Numbered from the stretch's first letter, positions 26,368 to 35,551 are shown. The stretch is DNA of 38,328 bases from Gemmatimonadota bacterium (GCA_039588295.1 JBDHAB010000030.1:1-38328), one strand, 5' to 3'. Notes: a model not told the origin generated them from the letters alone. Made by a program: numbers and translations.

Positions 26368-27696
26368 CTACTTGACGCCGGCCAAGGCCGCTTCGTTGAT
26401 GCCGGCGGTCTCTTCCAACATCGCGGTGGTGACCGACTTGGGCCGCTCGATCGGATATCCGAGCGCGCGATCCCACGTGATGTTGGCGAGCACGCCGATG
26501 GCGCGGCCGATACCGAACAGCACCGTGTAGAAGTCCCACGCCGTCACCCCGTAGTACCACTGGATGACGCCGGATTGCGCGTCCACATTCGGCCACGGGT
26601 TCTTCGCCTTGCCGTGTTCCTGCAGAATGTCGGGCGCGACCTCGTAGATGGTGCTGATGAGCTTGAACAACGGAAACTCAGGCAGGTGCTTGAGGCAGAA
26701 CTCACGCTGCGCCATGTACCGTGGATCGGTCTTTCGCAGCACCGCGTGTCCGTACCCGGGGATCACTTGACCGCTGTTGAGCGTATCCCACAGCGCCTGC
26801 TTTACCGTCTCCTTGGTGTACTTCTCGCCACCCAGGTGATCCAGGAAGTTCATCGTCCAGCGAAGCACTTCCTGGTTTGCCAGACCGTGTAGCGGACCCG
26901 CCAAGCCGTTGATCCCCGCCGACAGCGCATAGAAGGCATCGGACAATGCCGAAGCCACCAGGTGCGTGGTGTGGGCGGATACGTTGCCCGACTCGTGGTC
27001 CGAGTGGAGGATGAAGTACATCCGGGCTACGTCATCATACGGCTTCCCAATCCCCATCTGGTGGGCGAAGTTCCCGCCCCAATCGAGATCCGGATTCGGT
27101 GCGATATGCGTGTCGCTCTGGTACTTCATCCGATAGATGTACGCGCCGAGCGACGGCAGCCTGGCCAGCAGATTGGTGCAGTCTTCGAACATCGGCTCCC
27201 AGTAGTCCATCTTGCTCATGCCTTCGTTGTACCGCTGTACGAAGACGGACTCACGCTGCATCGAGAGAATTCCCGCCGAGAACAGAGTCATCGGGTGAGT
27301 ATCCCGCGGCATTGCCCGCAGTACGTCAATTACGTAGTGCGGGAGTTGCCGACGCGCCTTCCAATCCTCCACGACTTCCAGCGTCTGTGCCTTGGTGGGC
27401 ACCTCGCCGGTGACGAGGTAGTGCCAGAATCCCTCAACGTACGGGTAGTCGCAGCTCGGCACTTTCGGCAGTGCTGCGAACGTCTCCGGGATGGTCTTCC
27501 CGCGGAATCGGATGCCTTCGAACGGATCGAGGTATGAGATGTCGGTCACGAGGCACCGCACGCCACGGGCGCCGCCAATCGCCTGCGTGATCGAGACCTC
27601 GCCGACCTTGACGTCGCCGAACTCTTTGAGCAATCGAGTCGTCCGCGGACGATGCTCCTCGATCTTCTTTCGCAGGACTTCTTTCAACGTCGACAT
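26368..27696 (-). CDS. gltA: Citrate (Si)-synthase, eukaryote/Geobacter type
   Basis: GGARGV..S.LDP.EGIRFRG, HSDHESGNVSAHT, NGLAGPLHGLANQEV, IPGYGHAVLRKTDPRY, NPWPNVDA.SG, IERPKS; GGAGG SD. Confidence 0.95.
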   Translation of the reverse strand: MSTLKEVLRKKIEEHRPRTTRLLKEFGDVKVGEVSITQAIGGARGVRCLVTDISYLDPFEGIRFRGKTIPETFAALPKVPSCDYPYVEGFWHYLVTGEVPTKAQTLEVVEDWKARRQLPHYVIDVLRAMPRDTHPMTLFSAGILSMQRESVFVQRYNEGMSKMDYWEPMFEDCTNLLARLPSLGAYIYRMKYQSDTHIAPNPDLDWGGNFAHQMGIGKPYDDVARMYFILHSDHESGNVSAHTTHLVASALSDAFYALSAGINGLAGPLHGLANQEVLRWTMNFLDHLGGEKYTKETVKQALWDTLNSGQVIPGYGHAVLRKTDPRYMAQREFCLKHLPEFPLFKLISTIYEVAPDILQEHGKAKNPWPNVDAQSGVIQWYYGVTAWDFYTVLFGIGRAIGVLANITWDRALGYPIERPKSVTTAMLEETAGINEAALAGVK

Positions 27697-27814
27697 GCGC
27701 ACTTCCCTCCTCCTTGTAGCCTCCGCCCCAGATGCCAGTCAACCATTCGGTTTGACAGTTAACCACGTTAAAGATACTACAAGGTGTCACCTTTCGGCAG
27801 ATGAGGATGTGGCC

Positions 27815-30406
27815 GTGAAGACGCACACGGTTCGATTCGCGCTGACTGTTGCGGTGGCCCTCCATACGGTCGGTGGAGCGGCGCTCGCACAGGTACCCTC
27901 GTTTCAGGATGTCACGGGACACGGGTTTGGAGACCGCATTACCCAGCATTACGCGATGGTGGCCTATCTCGAGCGGCTGGCGGAACAGTCACCCCGGGTT
28001 ACCGTGACGGTGCAGGGCGAGAGCTGGGAAGGTCGGGAGCTGATGCTGGCCGTCGTGACGGCACCCGAGAATCATGCGCGGCTTGCCGACATTCAGGAGA
28101 CGTCGCGCCGGCTGGCCGACCCCCGGCGCACAGACGTGGCGGAGGCCGGCCGCCTCATCCAAACCCAACCGGTTGTGGTGTGGTTCGGTGGATCGATTCA
28201 CGGATTCGAGCTCTCGGGCGCCGAGGGCGCGCTCAAGCTGCTCGAGCATCTCACAACACGGGACGATCCGGCGACCCTGGAGGTGTTGCGGAACACGGTC
28301 ATCCTGATCGATCCGATGCTGAACCCTGACGGTCGTGACGCGTTCGTCCACTTCAATCACCAGACCATCGGGCGGGTGCCGACCTCCGACCCACGGGATT
28401 GGTCGAACGACTTCACGCGGTGGGAGCCCCTCAAGTTCCGCACCGGTCACTACTACTTCGACACCAATCGGGACTGGTTTGCGCATACACAGCGAGAGAC
28501 CCGGGCGCGGATGCCCACGCTGCATGCCTGGCGCGCCCAGGTGGCGGTCGATATGCACGAAATGGGGGTAGGCGCCGAGTTCTACTTCGACCCACCTGGC
28601 CGGCCATACAACCCCAACTTCCCCCAGTTCGCCAGACGGTGGTTCCAGCGCTTCGGCGAGGCTTATGCCGAGGCATTCGATTCGGCGGGATTCGAGTACA
28701 TGACCCGGGAGCGGTACAACTACTTCTATCCCGGCTACACCTCAAACCGCGGCTATCAGGGCGCGGTGGCGATGTTGTTCGAACAGGGGTCCACCCGGGG
28801 TCTCACGCACGAGCGCCCGGACGGTTCGGTGCGGACGCTGGCGGATGCGCTGGAGCAGCAATACGTGGCGGCGTGGACGGCGGCCCGCACGGCGGCCCAA
28901 AACCGTGCGACGATACTCACGGAGTACTACGACTCGCAGCGCGAGGCCATTGCCGAGGGAGAGCAGGGAATCCGCCGCTACCTGATCCCAATCGAGGGAG
29001 ATCCGGTGCTCGTGCGCGAGGTGGTCGACCTGTTGCGCCGCAACGCGATCGAGGTCTCGGTGCTCGAACAAGAGGTTGCGCTGTCACCGGTGCGCGACCG
29101 CACCGGCGCGACCGTTGGGCGGCGAAGCTTCGCGGCCGGCACTTACGTCGTCGAGGCGGCGCAGCCCTCGGGCCGCATGCTCCGGACCCTGTTGGAACCC
29201 GAGACGCCGTTGCCGGAGGACTTCCTGCAGGAAGCGCGCGCCCGCGTCGAGCGGGCGGAGAACCCGCGGTTCTACGACATCACCGCCTGGTCGCTCCCGC
29301 TGTTGTTCAACGTCGGCGGCTACAGTACGACTGACGGCCACGCGCTCCCCACGCGCATGGTCGCGGCAGACGAAGCACTGGCGGGACCGATGCGGGTGGG
29401 CATGGCGGACTACGCATACGTGTTCGAGGGTCGTTCGGCGTCGTCCCTGGCCGCCCTGTACCACTTGCGAGCACAGGGATATCGAGCCGCCGTGCTCACG
29501 GCACCCACCCGTATCCGAGGGATGGACATCGCCGGAGGGGCGGTGGTCGTGCGGGTCGGACAGAACGACCAGGCGGTGCACGAAGCGGTCCGTCGCGCTG
29601 CCGTCCGGTTCGCGGTCGATGTCATGGCGATGCCGAGTGGTCTTTCGGACGCGGGATACCCGGCGCTCGGGTCCGGCGATCATACGTTCAATGTGGAGTT
29701 GCCACGGATCGCCATGCTCGCGGGCGCACCGATTTCCGGCTATTCGTTTGGGTGGGCGTGGTACACGCTCGATCGGCAGTACGAGATCCCGGTGACGATC
29801 CTGCAGACGAGTCTGCTGGACGGTCCCGACCTCGCGCACTACAACGTGCTGGTGATCCCGTCGGTGTCCGGTGCTGCCCTCCAGGAGCGTCTGGGGGACG
29901 ACGGCGCCGAGCGCCTGGTGCAGTGGGTGCGTGACGGTGGGACCTTGGTCACCATCGCGGGCGCCACCGAGTTCGCACGCAGCCAACTCGAGTTGATCGA
30001 CCTCCGGAGCTGGTACGACACCGATGACGGGAAAGACGCGCAGCGTTTCGACGTCCCCGGCGCCATCTTTCGTGCGGAGATCGATCGTGGATACTGGCTG
30101 TCGGCGGGCTACGACGCTGGGGAGATCCCGGCGCTCGTGGATTCCGATCGTCTGTACTTGCCTCCGGACGGACCTCCGTCGTCGAGTCGTCGCGTCGTCG
30201 CACGATTCGCCGAGAATGGTCTGCTGTCGGGGCACGCGTGGCAGGAGACGTTGGACCGACTACCGGAAACGGTGTTCGCCTACGAGCAGCGGGTTGGGGG
30301 TGGACGGGTCATCGCGTTTACGGAGGACGTGAACTATCGGGCCTATTGGCGTGGGGCAAACCGGATGTTCCTGAACGCCGTGATCCTGGGGCCGTCGGCG
30401 CGATAG
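27815..30406 (+). CDS. M14 family zinc carboxypeptidase, secreted, with C-terminal GATase-like domain
   Basis: Signal peptide from GTG 27815 (GAGGA upstream); GESWEGRELM, SIHGFE (HxxE), PMLNPDG, DTNRDW, DMHEMG, FYDITAWSLPL, WVRDGGTLV. Confidence 0.88.
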   Translation: MKTHTVRFALTVAVALHTVGGAALAQVPSFQDVTGHGFGDRITQHYAMVAYLERLAEQSPRVTVTVQGESWEGRELMLAVVTAPENHARLADIQETSRRLADPRRTDVAEAGRLIQTQPVVVWFGGSIHGFELSGAEGALKLLEHLTTRDDPATLEVLRNTVILIDPMLNPDGRDAFVHFNHQTIGRVPTSDPRDWSNDFTRWEPLKFRTGHYYFDTNRDWFAHTQRETRARMPTLHAWRAQVAVDMHEMGVGAEFYFDPPGRPYNPNFPQFARRWFQRFGEAYAEAFDSAGFEYMTRERYNYFYPGYTSNRGYQGAVAMLFEQGSTRGLTHERPDGSVRTLADALEQQYVAAWTAARTAAQNRATILTEYYDSQREAIAEGEQGIRRYLIPIEGDPVLVREVVDLLRRNAIEVSVLEQEVALSPVRDRTGATVGRRSFAAGTYVVEAAQPSGRMLRTLLEPETPLPEDFLQEARARVERAENPRFYDITAWSLPLLFNVGGYSTTDGHALPTRMVAADEALAGPMRVGMADYAYVFEGRSASSLAALYHLRAQGYRAAVLTAPTRIRGMDIAGGAVVVRVGQNDQAVHEAVRRAAVRFAVDVMAMPSGLSDAGYPALGSGDHTFNVELPRIAMLAGAPISGYSFGWAWYTLDRQYEIPVTILQTSLLDGPDLAHYNVLVIPSVSGAALQERLGDDGAERLVQWVRDGGTLVTIAGATEFARSQLELIDLRSWYDTDDGKDAQRFDVPGAIFRAEIDRGYWLSAGYDAGEIPALVDSDRLYLPPDGPPSSSRRVVARFAENGLLSGHAWQETLDRLPETVFAYEQRVGGGRVIAFTEDVNYRAYWRGANRMFLNAVILGPSAR

Positions 30407-30408
30407 CC

Positions 30409-30470
30409 AGGTGGTAGGTGACAGGTGGTAGGTTGTAGGTGGTGCTTCCATCACCTATCACCTACTACCT
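30409..30470. repeat. Inverted heptamer array (AGGTGGT)n / (ATCACCT)n
   Basis: aggtggt aggtgac aggtggt aggttgt aggtggt - gcttcc - atcacct atcacct actacct. Confidence 0.85.
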
Positions 30471-30477
30471 GCCTCAC

Positions 30478-31422
30478 ATGCTGCGTCGAACGTTCCTCAA
30501 CTCGATCGCCGGTCTCGCTACCGGTGGACTCGTCGTCCCGCGGCGGCTGTGGCAGCAGCACGCGCTTCCCATCCGCCCGCTCGGTAGCTCCGGCCTCGAC
30601 GTGCCGATCCTGAGTCTCGGTGGCTTTCACGTGGGCCGCGCAGGATCGGAGGCAAAGGCGCGCGAGCTCGTCGAGTTCGCGTTCGAGCAGGGGATCCGCC
30701 TGTTCGACAATGCGGAGAGCTACCAATCGGGCACGGCGGAGCGCTGGGTCGGCGCGGCCCTGCAGGGGGAACGCCGGAACGCGCTGCTCATGTCCAAGAC
30801 GTTCTCGCTCGCCGACCGCAGCGCGGACAGCGCGCAGCGGCACCTGGAGGGGAGTCTCCGGCGGCTGCGCACGGACTATCTCGATCTCTGGCAGCTCCAC
30901 AGCGTGCGCACGGTCGAGGACGTGGACCGTGCATTTCGTTCGGGCGGTGCGATGGAGTACATCCTTGCCGCCAAGGCGGCAGGGACCGTTCGCTTCGTCG
31001 GTGTTACGGGGCATGCTCAGCCGGCCGCGAACCTGCGCGCGTTGGAGTACTGGGATCGCGGCTTTCGGTTCGACGCCATGCAGATGCCGCTCAATCCGAT
31101 TGACTACCACCAACACAGCTTCCAACGCGACGTGCTCCCGGAACTGGTGCGAAGGGGCGTCGGTGTAATCGCGATGAAGACGTCCGCGCAAGCTCGACTC
31201 GTGGCCGAGCGGGTCTGTAACATCGAGGAATGCCTTCGCTACGTCTGGTCGCTGCCCGTGAGTGTCGCCGTCGTCGGCATGGAGCGCCCCGAGCTCGTCC
31301 GCCACAACGCGAGGTTGGCGCGGGAGTTCGTCCGAATGAGCGATGCGGAGCTGGACGCGTTACGGTTGCGAATCCGGCCGCAGGCAAGGCCGGAGTTGGA
31401 AGGGTATAAGAGTGGGTCATAG
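30478..31422 (+). CDS. Aldo/keto reductase with Tat-like leader
   Basis: MLRRTFL leader; RPLGSSGLDV..LGG, FDNAESY, MSK, SLRRLRTDYLDLWQLH, RFVGVTGH, VIAMK. Confidence 0.9.
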   Translation: MLRRTFLNSIAGLATGGLVVPRRLWQQHALPIRPLGSSGLDVPILSLGGFHVGRAGSEAKARELVEFAFEQGIRLFDNAESYQSGTAERWVGAALQGERRNALLMSKTFSLADRSADSAQRHLEGSLRRLRTDYLDLWQLHSVRTVEDVDRAFRSGGAMEYILAAKAAGTVRFVGVTGHAQPAANLRALEYWDRGFRFDAMQMPLNPIDYHQHSFQRDVLPELVRRGVGVIAMKTSAQARLVAERVCNIEECLRYVWSLPVSVAVVGMERPELVRHNARLAREFVRMSDAELDALRLRIRPQARPELEGYKSGS

Positions 31423-31531
31423 GGAATAGGCAATAGGTCATAGGTGGCAGGTGACAGTGTTGAAGAAGCCCTCGTTCACCTACCACCTACCACCTACCAC
31501 CTACCACCTACCACCTACCACCTACCACCTA
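31419..31531. repeat. Inverted heptamer arrays between convergent genes: (ATAGGNN)-like x5 and (CACCTAC) x7.9
   Basis: ataggga ataggca ataggtc ataggtg gcaggtg (31419-31453); seven perfect cacctac plus caccta (31477-31531). Confidence 0.92.
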
Positions 31532-32260
31532 ATACGGCTGCCGCAGCACCACCGGTTTCGCCTTCCTCCGCATCCGCAGGTTGAGTGCCTCCACGAATAC
31601 CGAGAATCCCATCGCGAAATAGAGGTAGCCTTTGGGGATCTCGTGGTCGAGGCCTTCGGCCACGAGGGAGATGCCGATCAGCAGCAGGAAGCTGAGCGCC
31701 AGCATCCTGACGGTCGGGTGCCGCTCGACGAACGCCGAGATTGCTTCGACCGAGACCATCATGACGACCACGGCAATCACGATCGCCGCTGCCATGACCC
31801 AGACCACCCGGACCATGCCCACCGCCGTGATCACCGAGTCGAGCGAGAACACCATGTCCAGCAACATGATCTGGACGATCACGCCGGTGAACGATGCCGC
31901 CACCTTGGCACTGGCGTGCCCTTGTTCGCCCTCCAGCTTATCGTGGATCTCATGCGTGGCTTTGGCCAAGAGGAACAGCCCGCCCGCCATCAGGATCAGA
32001 TCCCGGCCGGAGATCTCGCGACTGAAAATCTCGAACAAGGGCTGTGTCAGTCGGATGATCCAGGTGATCGACAGCAGCAGCAGCAGCCGCATGAACATCG
32101 CCCCGAGCAGCCCGACGCGACGTGCGCGAGCCTGCTGCTCGGCGGGGAGCTTGCCCGCCAGGATCGAGATGAAGATGACGTTGTCGATCCCCAGCACGAC
32201 TTCCAAGACCGTGAGCGTGACGAGGGCTATCCAGATTTCCGGGTTGGTGAGCCAGTCCAT
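31529..32260 (-). CDS. TerC family integral membrane protein (YgdQ/YegH-type, no CBS domain)
   Basis: LTVLEVVLGIDNVIFISIL, GRDLILMAGGLFLLAKATHEI, DMVFSLDSVITAVG, IPKGYLYFAMGFS. Confidence 0.93.
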   Translation of the reverse strand: MDWLTNPEIWIALVTLTVLEVVLGIDNVIFISILAGKLPAEQQARARRVGLLGAMFMRLLLLLSITWIIRLTQPLFEIFSREISGRDLILMAGGLFLLAKATHEIHDKLEGEQGHASAKVAASFTGVIVQIMLLDMVFSLDSVITAVGMVRVVWVMAAAIVIAVVVMMVSVEAISAFVERHPTVRMLALSFLLLIGISLVAEGLDHEIPKGYLYFAMGFSVFVEALNLRMRRKAKPVVLRQPY

Positions 32261-32290
32261 GGTGGTTCCTTGGTCGGATGCGAGGTGGTT

Positions 32291-32380
32291 GAGGGAGAAA
32301 GGTAGTGGTGGAAGCGATAAGCGATAAGGGTGAAGGGGGTGGCGCTTCTCCTTAGCGCTTATCGCTTATCCCTTGTCCCT
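32291..32380. repeat. Inverted heptamer array (AAGCGAT)n / (ATCGCTT)n
   Basis: aagcgat aagcgat aagggtg aaggggg ... agcgctt atcgctt atccctt gtccct. Confidence 0.75.
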
Positions 32381-32399
32381 GTTACTATTCGAGCCACCA

Positions 32400-33608
32400 A
32401 TGGACATCTGCGACCGCATCTCCGCCAAGCTCGGCAAGTTCCGGCCGTCGATCACGCTGCAGCTCAAGGCGCTCGCTGCCGAACGGCACGCCAGCGGGCT
32501 CCCGGTCTATGACTTTGGACTGGGCGAGACGAAAGGTGAGCTGGCACCGCATATCCGCGAGGCGGGTGAGCGTGCGTTTCGGGACGGACATACCATGTAC
32601 GGTGACCCCGCCGGGCTGCCCGAGCTCCGCGCGGCGGTGCTTCGCTGGCTGGGGCTGGAAGGCCAGTATGGCATCGAGCACGTCGTGATTACGGCGGGGG
32701 CCAAGCAGAGCCTGTTCAACACGTTCCTCGCGGTATGCAATCCTGCCGATGCCGTGCTATTCGATGCTGCGCCATGGGTGAGCTATCAGCCGTTGGCGCA
32801 GGCCGCGTACGCCACCCCGATCATGGTTCTCCCAGCGGCTGGCGTGACGAACCGCCTCAAGGTGTCGCCGGACGATCTCTTGCGGAATCTGAAGATGCGG
32901 CCGCACGCCAAGTTGTTTCTGCTTAACAACCCGGTGAACCCCACGGGGCAACTGTACAGTCGCGACGAAGTGGAGCAAATGCTGCAGATTTGCGTCGAAC
33001 ACCGCATCTACTTCGTGCTTGATCGGCTCTACTGGCGGATCCTGTTCGACGAGAATGCGTATCCCGAGCCTCGGGTCGATGCCAACACCCGTCCGTGGTT
33101 GATTCAGGTCGATGGGCTGTCGAAGAACTTCCGTCGTACGGGCGGTATCCGGAGTGGCTGGTCGGTGGCTCCGGTCGATGTAGCGCAGGCGATGGTCAAC
33201 CTCCAGAGTCACTACACGGCGGGTCCGGCGATCCCGACCCAGCATGCGTCCCTCGCCGCCATCTCCGACGCGTATGATCCCGAGCTCAAGGTGGATCTGC
33301 AGCGCAACCGTGACTTGTTGCAGCGTGAGGCGCACGCGCTGCCGGACGTAGAGGTTTGGCCGACGCCGGCGACGTTCTACTCGTTCTGGGATGTCCGGCG
33401 GCTGTTCGGCAAACGGACACCAGACGGAACTTTGCTGATCACGTCCGACGACGTTGCCGAGTACCTGGTGCACAACGCGGGAGTCGTGACCGCGTCGGGC
33501 TGTGGATTCATGCAGGATGGATTCCTGCGCGTCTCGTTTGCGGTACCGGACGAGCACATCGTTGCGGGGATTCGCGCTGCGGCAGAAGCGCTCGGCAAGC
33601 TCCGGTAA
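32400..33608 (+). CDS. Class I/II PLP-dependent aminotransferase (aspartate aminotransferase-like)
   Basis: YGDPAGLPELR, TAGAKQSL, PWVSY, NNPVNPTG, LDRLY, GLSKNF..GIRSGW (PLP Lys), FLRVSFA. Confidence 0.88.
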   Translation: MDICDRISAKLGKFRPSITLQLKALAAERHASGLPVYDFGLGETKGELAPHIREAGERAFRDGHTMYGDPAGLPELRAAVLRWLGLEGQYGIEHVVITAGAKQSLFNTFLAVCNPADAVLFDAAPWVSYQPLAQAAYATPIMVLPAAGVTNRLKVSPDDLLRNLKMRPHAKLFLLNNPVNPTGQLYSRDEVEQMLQICVEHRIYFVLDRLYWRILFDENAYPEPRVDANTRPWLIQVDGLSKNFRRTGGIRSGWSVAPVDVAQAMVNLQSHYTAGPAIPTQHASLAAISDAYDPELKVDLQRNRDLLQREAHALPDVEVWPTPATFYSFWDVRRLFGKRTPDGTLLITSDDVAEYLVHNAGVVTASGCGFMQDGFLRVSFAVPDEHIVAGIRAAAEALGKLR

Positions 33609-33616
33609 CGCCCCGC

Positions 33617-35551
33617 TTACGTCGCCCTGGCGATTGCCTCCAGCGCTTCGGGATTCTGCAGGGAGGCGAGATCTCCCAAGTCCTTTTGGCCAAGATACGT
33701 GTCGCGCACCAGCCGACGCACGACCTTGGCGCTCCGGGTCTTGGGGAGATCGCTCACGAATAGCACCCGCTCCGGCCGATCGATCTTGCCGACCCGGCCG
33801 ACCACGGCTTGCACCAACTCGGAACGCAGTCCCTCCGTTGCCTCAACATCGGGTCGCGGCACCACGAAACAGACAATGGCTTCCCCCTTGAGTTCGTGCG
33901 GTACGCCGATGGCAGCTGCCTCGCTGATCTTATCGGTCGCCATGAGCGCGCCCTCGATCTCAGCCGGTCCGATCCGGCGGCCTGCCACGTTGAGCGTGTC
34001 GTCGGCACGGCCTTCCACGAACCAGTACCCGTCTTCGTCGATCCGCGCCCAGTCACCGTGGTTCCAGACATCGGGCCATTTCGACCAGTAGCTCTCGAGG
34101 TACCGGTCTGGATCGTTCCACAATCCGCGTGTCATGGACGGCGTTGGTTTCGTGGCTACGAGGTACCCCACCTCGTTCCGCACAGGCTGCCCGTCCTCAT
34201 TCCACACATCGATGGCCATGCCGAGTCCGGGAGCGACCAGTGAACAGGGTTTGAGCGGATGGATTGGCAGGGGAGACAGGAAGCAGCCGATGATGTCGGT
34301 CCCCCCGGAGATGTTGATGATGGGGCAACGGCTGCCCCCCACGACGTGAAAGAACCAGCGCCACGACCGCTCGTCCCATGGCTCGCCGGTCGACCCGAGG
34401 ATCCTGAGAGTCGAAAGGTCGTGCCTGTTGACCAACTTCGTTCCATGCTGGATGGCGAGGCGCACGGCGGTGGGCGACGTGCCAAAGACGGTGATGCGGT
34501 GCCGCTCGAGCATCTCCCACAAGCGGTCGTGACTCGGAGAGTCGAACGAACCGTCGTAGAGCATGATCGTTGCCCCGTGGAAAAGCCCCCCGATGATCAT
34601 CCACGGTCCCATCATCCAGCCGATGTCGGTGAGCCAGAAGAACCGGTCGCTGGGCTTCATGTCAAAGGCATAGCCCACTTCCTTCGCGACCTGCACCAGC
34701 GTCCCGGCGTGGCTGTGTACGGTCCCCTTGGGGCGGCCGGACGTGCCGGAGGTGTACAAGATGAGCGCCGGGTCCATGGAGTCCATGGCTTCGGTGGGGA
34801 CCCTGGCCTCGTGGGAGAGGAACTCTGGCCACGCCACGTCGCGCCCTGCGTACCAGACCACATCTTCGTCGGTATACCGTGACATGACGACCGTCGTGAC
34901 CGATGGCGCCTCCTCCACCGCGGCGTCCGCGTTCCCTTTGATGGGCACGTCGACCCCACGGCGTTGGGAAGCATCGGCGGTGAAGAGCAGCTTTGCACCG
35001 GCGTCGCGGAGCCGCTCCGCGGCCGCCGCCGGCGCGTAGCCGCTGAAGATCGGGATGTAGATCGCACCGATCTTGAAGGTGGCGAGCATCTGCACGACGA
35101 CGTCCGCCGTCATGGGCATGTACGCGGCGACGCGATCGCCCTTCTGGATGCCGGCAGCGACGAGGCCGGCCGCACACCGCTCTACCTGATCGTGGAGCTC
35201 GGCGAACGTGAGGGTCGTGACCGCGCCGTCTTCCCGCTCGGCAATGACGCATGCTCGAGCGGCCAGCCCGCCACCGAGGTGCCGCTCGAGGCAGTTCGCC
35301 GTAATGTTGAGCGTGCCGCCGAGGTACCACTCGGTCCACGGGTATCCCTTCGAGACGTCGCGAACCGTGTTGTATGGCTCTAGGAACTCGATGCCGAGGT
35401 CCTCGACGATCGCGTCCCAGAACCACTCCTGCTCTTCGAGAGATCGCGCGACGAGGGTCGCTTCGTCGCGGATGTCATGTTTCCGCATGAAGCGGGCGAT
35501 GTTGGTCGACTCGATGAACGCAGGCTTGGGTGACCATACGAATTCTGCCAT
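33617..35551 (-). CDS. Acetyl/acyl-CoA synthetase (AMP-forming, Acs-like)
   Basis: LNITANCLERH, GDRVAAYMPM, LYTSGTSGRPKG, TDIGWMMG, STGEPW, GRADD..VAGRRIGPAEIE, LPKTRSAKVVRR. Start 35551 or 35560. Confidence 0.9.
   Translation of the reverse strand: MAEFVWSPKPAFIESTNIARFMRKHDIRDEATLVARSLEEQEWFWDAIVEDLGIEFLEPYNTVRDVSKGYPWTEWYLGGTLNITANCLERHLGGGLAARACVIAEREDGAVTTLTFAELHDQVERCAAGLVAAGIQKGDRVAAYMPMTADVVVQMLATFKIGAIYIPIFSGYAPAAAAERLRDAGAKLLFTADASQRRGVDVPIKGNADAAVEEAPSVTTVVMSRYTDEDVVWYAGRDVAWPEFLSHEARVPTEAMDSMDPALILYTSGTSGRPKGTVHSHAGTLVQVAKEVGYAFDMKPSDRFFWLTDIGWMMGPWMIIGGLFHGATIMLYDGSFDSPSHDRLWEMLERHRITVFGTSPTAVRLAIQHGTKLVNRHDLSTLRILGSTGEPWDERSWRWFFHVVGGSRCPIINISGGTDIIGCFLSPLPIHPLKPCSLVAPGLGMAIDVWNEDGQPVRNEVGYLVATKPTPSMTRGLWNDPDRYLESYWSKWPDVWNHGDWARIDEDGYWFVEGRADDTLNVAGRRIGPAEIEGALMATDKISEAAAIGVPHELKGEAIVCFVVPRPDVEATEGLRSELVQAVVGRVGKIDRPERVLFVSDLPKTRSAKVVRRLVRDTYLGQKDLGDLASLQNPEALEAIARAT

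Noticed and set aside
31477..31531. Repeat tracts as a CRISPR array
   Set aside because: Units are 7 bp and contiguous, with no unique spacers and no cas genes.
31451..32305. ORF with a TYHLPPT repeat
   Set aside because: Translation artefact of the (CACCTAC)n tract plus the antisense of TerC.
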